A stretch of 64,000 nt of DNA from Thermoplasmatota archaeon (GTDB taxonomy: Archaea; Thermoplasmatota; Thermoplasmata; UBA10834). The notes beneath the pieces were generated by a model that saw only the letters and a program-made list of their open reading frames with translations, searched no databases and was not told where the DNA came from. Of this stretch, positions 56,171 through 64,000 are shown one piece after another; position 1 is the stretch's first letter, and each line of letters starts with the position of its first letter. The position numbers and the translations under genes were made by a program. The stretch covers positions 139,790-203,789 of the forward strand of contig JAHIRF010000005.1 in NCBI GenBank assembly GCA_018818785.1. Direction: 5' to 3'.

Positions 56171-59100
56171 TTGAGGGAACTTGTTGAAACCTATTTCAGG
56201 GAAAGAAGTGTAGTCAACCATCACACAGCGTCGTACAACGATTTCCTGCCGACGATAGACCATCCGAACAGCAGGATGCAGACGATCGTGGACAACGTCC
56301 GCGCATCTCCCGACGAGGCCGACAGGGGGATAATCCGGCTCGACCCAGACCGGACCGAGGGCAAGATCATCGAGATCAGGATCGGTCGCAGAAGGGACGA
56401 GAAGACCGGGCGCGTTGATCCAAGCGCCAGGCCGACGATATCTGTCGGAAGGCCGGTGATCAAGGAGGCCAATGGTGCCACCCACGACCTCTATCCGATG
56501 GAGGCGAGGTTGAGGAACCTCAATTACTCCGCACCGATTCATCTCGAATTCACGATCGTAGAGGACGGGATCGAACGCGAGCCAGAGAGGGTGCACATCG
56601 GTGACCTGCCCGTAATGATACAGTCCAAGAAGTGCAACCTGCACAAAGACAACATCGACATGGACCGCGAACCGACCGACGAAGACGTCCGCGAGTTTCA
56701 TGTGAAGATGGGCGAAGATTTGTGCGACCCAGGCGGCTATTTCATCATAGGTGGTACCGAGAGGGCGCTGATATCCCTCGAGGACCTCGCGCCGAACAGG
56801 GTCATGGTCGAGATGAACGAGCGCTACGGCACGAGCCTACACGTTGCGAAAGTATTCTCGCAGAAGGAAGGTTACAGGGCGCTCACTCTGATGGAGAAGA
56901 AGAAGGACGGTATACTGGTCGTATCAGTGCCCGCTGCCTCCGGTCAGATCCCGTTAATAGTCCTCATGAAGTCTCTCGGGATGGAGAGTGATGAGGAGAT
57001 ATACAAATCGATAGTGTCTGATCCGCAGATGGCGAACATCGTGTACGCCAACATCGAAGAGTGTCAGAACAAGAAGCTGTATCCTCCGAACGGCATCTAC
57101 ACGACCGAGGACGCGATACTGTTCCTCGAGAGGAAGTTCGCGACTGGCCAGGCGAAGGAATACAGGGCGAAGAAGGTCGAGAGCATAATCGACCGGTCCC
57201 TGCTACCACACCTTGGTGACACCTCGGATGCGAGGATGAAGAAGTCCATATTCCTGGGCCGTGTCGCCAGAGCCATACTCGAACTTGAGCTCGGCAAGCG
57301 TAAGGAGGACGACAAGGACCACTACGCTAACAAGAGGTTGAAGCTCGCAGGCGACCTGATGGAGGACCTCTATAGGGTCGCTTTCACCAACCTGATCAAG
57401 GACCTGAAGTACCAACTGGAGCGAGGGTACACGAGGAAGAAGGGCATGAGGATATCCTCGGCCATAAGACCTGATCTACTCACCCACAGGTTGCTCCATG
57501 CGTTCGCGACCGGCAACTGGGTCGGCGGAAGGGCTGGTGTCTCTCAATTGCTGGACAGGACGTCCAACATGAGCGCGCTGTCCCACCTTAGGAGGGTAAC
57601 ATCGCCACTCACCAGGAGCCAGCCTCACTTCGAGGCGAGGGACCTGCACCCCACTCAATGGGGTCGATTGTGTCCGAACGAGACTCCTGAAGGTCAGAAT
57701 TGCGGTCTGGTCAAGAACTGCGCTCTCATCATCGATGTGAGTGAGGGGACGGACGACAAGGAGGTCATCTGGCTCCTGCGCGACCTTGGCGTGAAGGAGG
57801 TCAGCGAGCAGCAGACGACCGAGACCCGTGTCTATGTCAACGGTGACCTGATAGGTCTCCACGACAAGCCCAAAGAGCTGGTCGAGGAGATACGCCAGAG
57901 GCGCAGGTCCGGCCTGTTGTCGCACGAGGTCAACATACGCTTCGACAACAACATGAATGAGATCATTATCAACTGCGACGAGGGCAGGCTGAGGAGGCCT
58001 CTGCTCGTCGTCCGCCACGGCAAGACGCTCATGACCCGGAGGCACATCGAGGACATGCGGTCGCATAAGGCGAAGTGGTCCGACCTCATACGCGAGGGAG
58101 TCGTCGAATGGATCGATGCGGAAGAAGAGGAAGATTCCTATATCGCCGTGTTCGCGCACGAGACACCTCAGAAGTGTGAGCACTGCGGAAAGTTCCTGTC
58201 CACACTCGATGTGGAATGGCGCAACCCTGGAGAGGAGGGCAAGACCGTCCTGGAGTGCAAGTCATGTGGCGGCACGATGCAGATCGAATCGCAACTGAAG
58301 GATAACCACACTCACCTGGAGATCGACCCGATGGTCATCCTGGGTGTGTGTTCAGGCATGGTTCCGTACCCCGAGCACAACTCTAGCCCGAGGGTCACCA
58401 TGGGTGCGGGTATGGCCAAGCAGTCGTTGGGCCTGAGTTCGTCCAACTACCGCATAAGGCCGGATACCCGGAGTCACGTGATGCACTATCCGCAGCGGTC
58501 GTTGACGACCACGAAGACGATGGAGTTCGTCAACTTCATGCACAGGCCCGCGGGACAGAACTTCGTTGTCGCGATAATGTCGTATCAGGGTTACAACATG
58601 GAAGATGCGATCGTCATGAACAAGTCCTCCGTCGAGAGGGGGCTGGGCCGATCGACCTTCATGAGGACCTACAGGGCGGAGGAGCGCAGGTATCCGGGAG
58701 GTCAGGAGGACCACTTCGAGATACCGAGTCCGGATGTTAGAGGCGCCAGAGCCGACCTCTCCTACAGCAACTTGGGTGAGGACGGTCTCATCGGCCCTGA
58801 GACGAGGGTCGAGGGCGGTGATGTGCTCATAGGCAAGACGTCACCTCCGAGGTTCTTGGAGGAGGAAGCTGATTTCCTCACACCTCAGAAGAGGAGGGAG
58901 ACATCCGTCACGGTCCGTCCAGGCGAGAGCGGCTGGGTCGACTCCGTCATGCTGACTGAGTCCGAGAACGGGTCGAGGCTCGTCAAGGTCAAGGTCAGGG
59001 ATCAGAGGATCCCGGAGCTGGGGGACAAGTTCGCTTCCAGACACGGCCAGAAGGGTGTCGTCGGATTGCTCGTGCACCAGGAGGACATGCCGTTCACTGG

Positions 59101-59757
59101 TGACGGATTGATCCCAGACCTGATCATCAACCCGCACGCCATCCCATCCCGTATGACCGTCGCCCACGTGCTGGAGATGGTCGGCGGCAAGGTCGGCTCG
59201 ATGGAAGGCAGATTCATGGACGGTACCGCGTTCAGCGGCGAGACGGAAGAGGCGATCAGAGACGCGCTCATACGGAACGGGTTCAAGCATAACGGTAACG
59301 AGGTCATGTATGACGGGGTCACCGGCCGCAAGATAGAGGCGGAGATATTCATCGGCGTGATCTACTACCAGAAGCTGCACCACATGGTATCTGGTAAATT
59401 GCATGTCAGGAGCAGAGGCCCGGTCCAGATACTCACCAGACAGCCGACCGAGGGGCGCTCGAGGCAGGGCGGTCTGAGATTCGGTGAGATGGAGAGGGAT
59501 TGCCTGATCGGTCACGGGGCCGCGATGGTCATCAAGGACAGGCTCTTGGATGAATCTGATGGTACGCTGCAATATGTCTGTGGCAACTCGAGCTGCGGAC
59601 ATATCGCGATCCTGGATAGGAGAGGCACGTTGAGGTGCCCTGTCTGTGGCAATAACTCGAAGATATACCAGGTCCAGACATCCTACGCGTTCAAACTGTT
59701 GCTCGACGAGCTTCTGTCGCTTGGTGTCGCCATGCGCCTTCAACTGGAGGATTTGAA

Positions 59758-59761
<4 letters not shown>
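56171..59761 (+). CDS. rpoB: DNA-directed RNA polymerase subunit B (unsplit)
   Basis: 1196-aa protein with all Rpb2-type conserved blocks, including the C-terminal Zn motif CGNSSCGH...CPVCG. 4-nt overlap with rpoA'. Confidence 0.95.
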
Positions 59762-63989
<4,228 letters not shown>

Positions 63990-64000
63990 ACATGATAGAT

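Overview
The window reads as a gene-dense archaeal chromosomal segment, probably euryarchaeal and Thermoplasmata-like. RNA polymerase genes rpoH, an unsplit rpoB, rpoA' and rpoA'' sit at the 3' end. The secE-spt5-L11-[inserted oxidoreductase]-L1-L10/P0-L12/P1 ribosomal cluster is present, with two tandem ftsZ genes next to it and a third, more divergent ftsZ paralog further on. Orc1/Cdc6, aEF-1beta with its Zn-ribbon neighbour, primase PriL and diphthamide gene dph6 are also encoded. The core is high-GC housekeeping: ornithine aminotransferase, IleRS, AsnRS, GcvT, M20 and M42 peptidases, TruA, malic enzyme, flavodoxin and a CDP-alcohol phosphatidyltransferase. Two tRNAs are present: tRNA-Gly(CCC) and a tRNA-Lys(UUU) that appears to carry two non-canonical introns. 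An apparently lower-GC accessory island lies at about 34.3-45.3 kb. It holds an IS6-family transposase plus a truncated direct copy, a NYN-domain protein, a Panacea/RelE-like toxin-antitoxin pair, two beta-class DNA methyltransferases (one a large fusion protein) and several hypothetical proteins. Just left of the island, a small Cys-rich protein with two CW motifs is co-oriented with two tandem prenyltransferase/squalene-cyclase-repeat (alpha/alpha-toroid) paralogs. The other leads reported are IleRS signature motifs that look degenerate, a surface-anchored repeat protein, a Spt5 with a long N-terminal extension, a shared promoter-like 16-mer, and an RHH gene next to the third FtsZ paralog.
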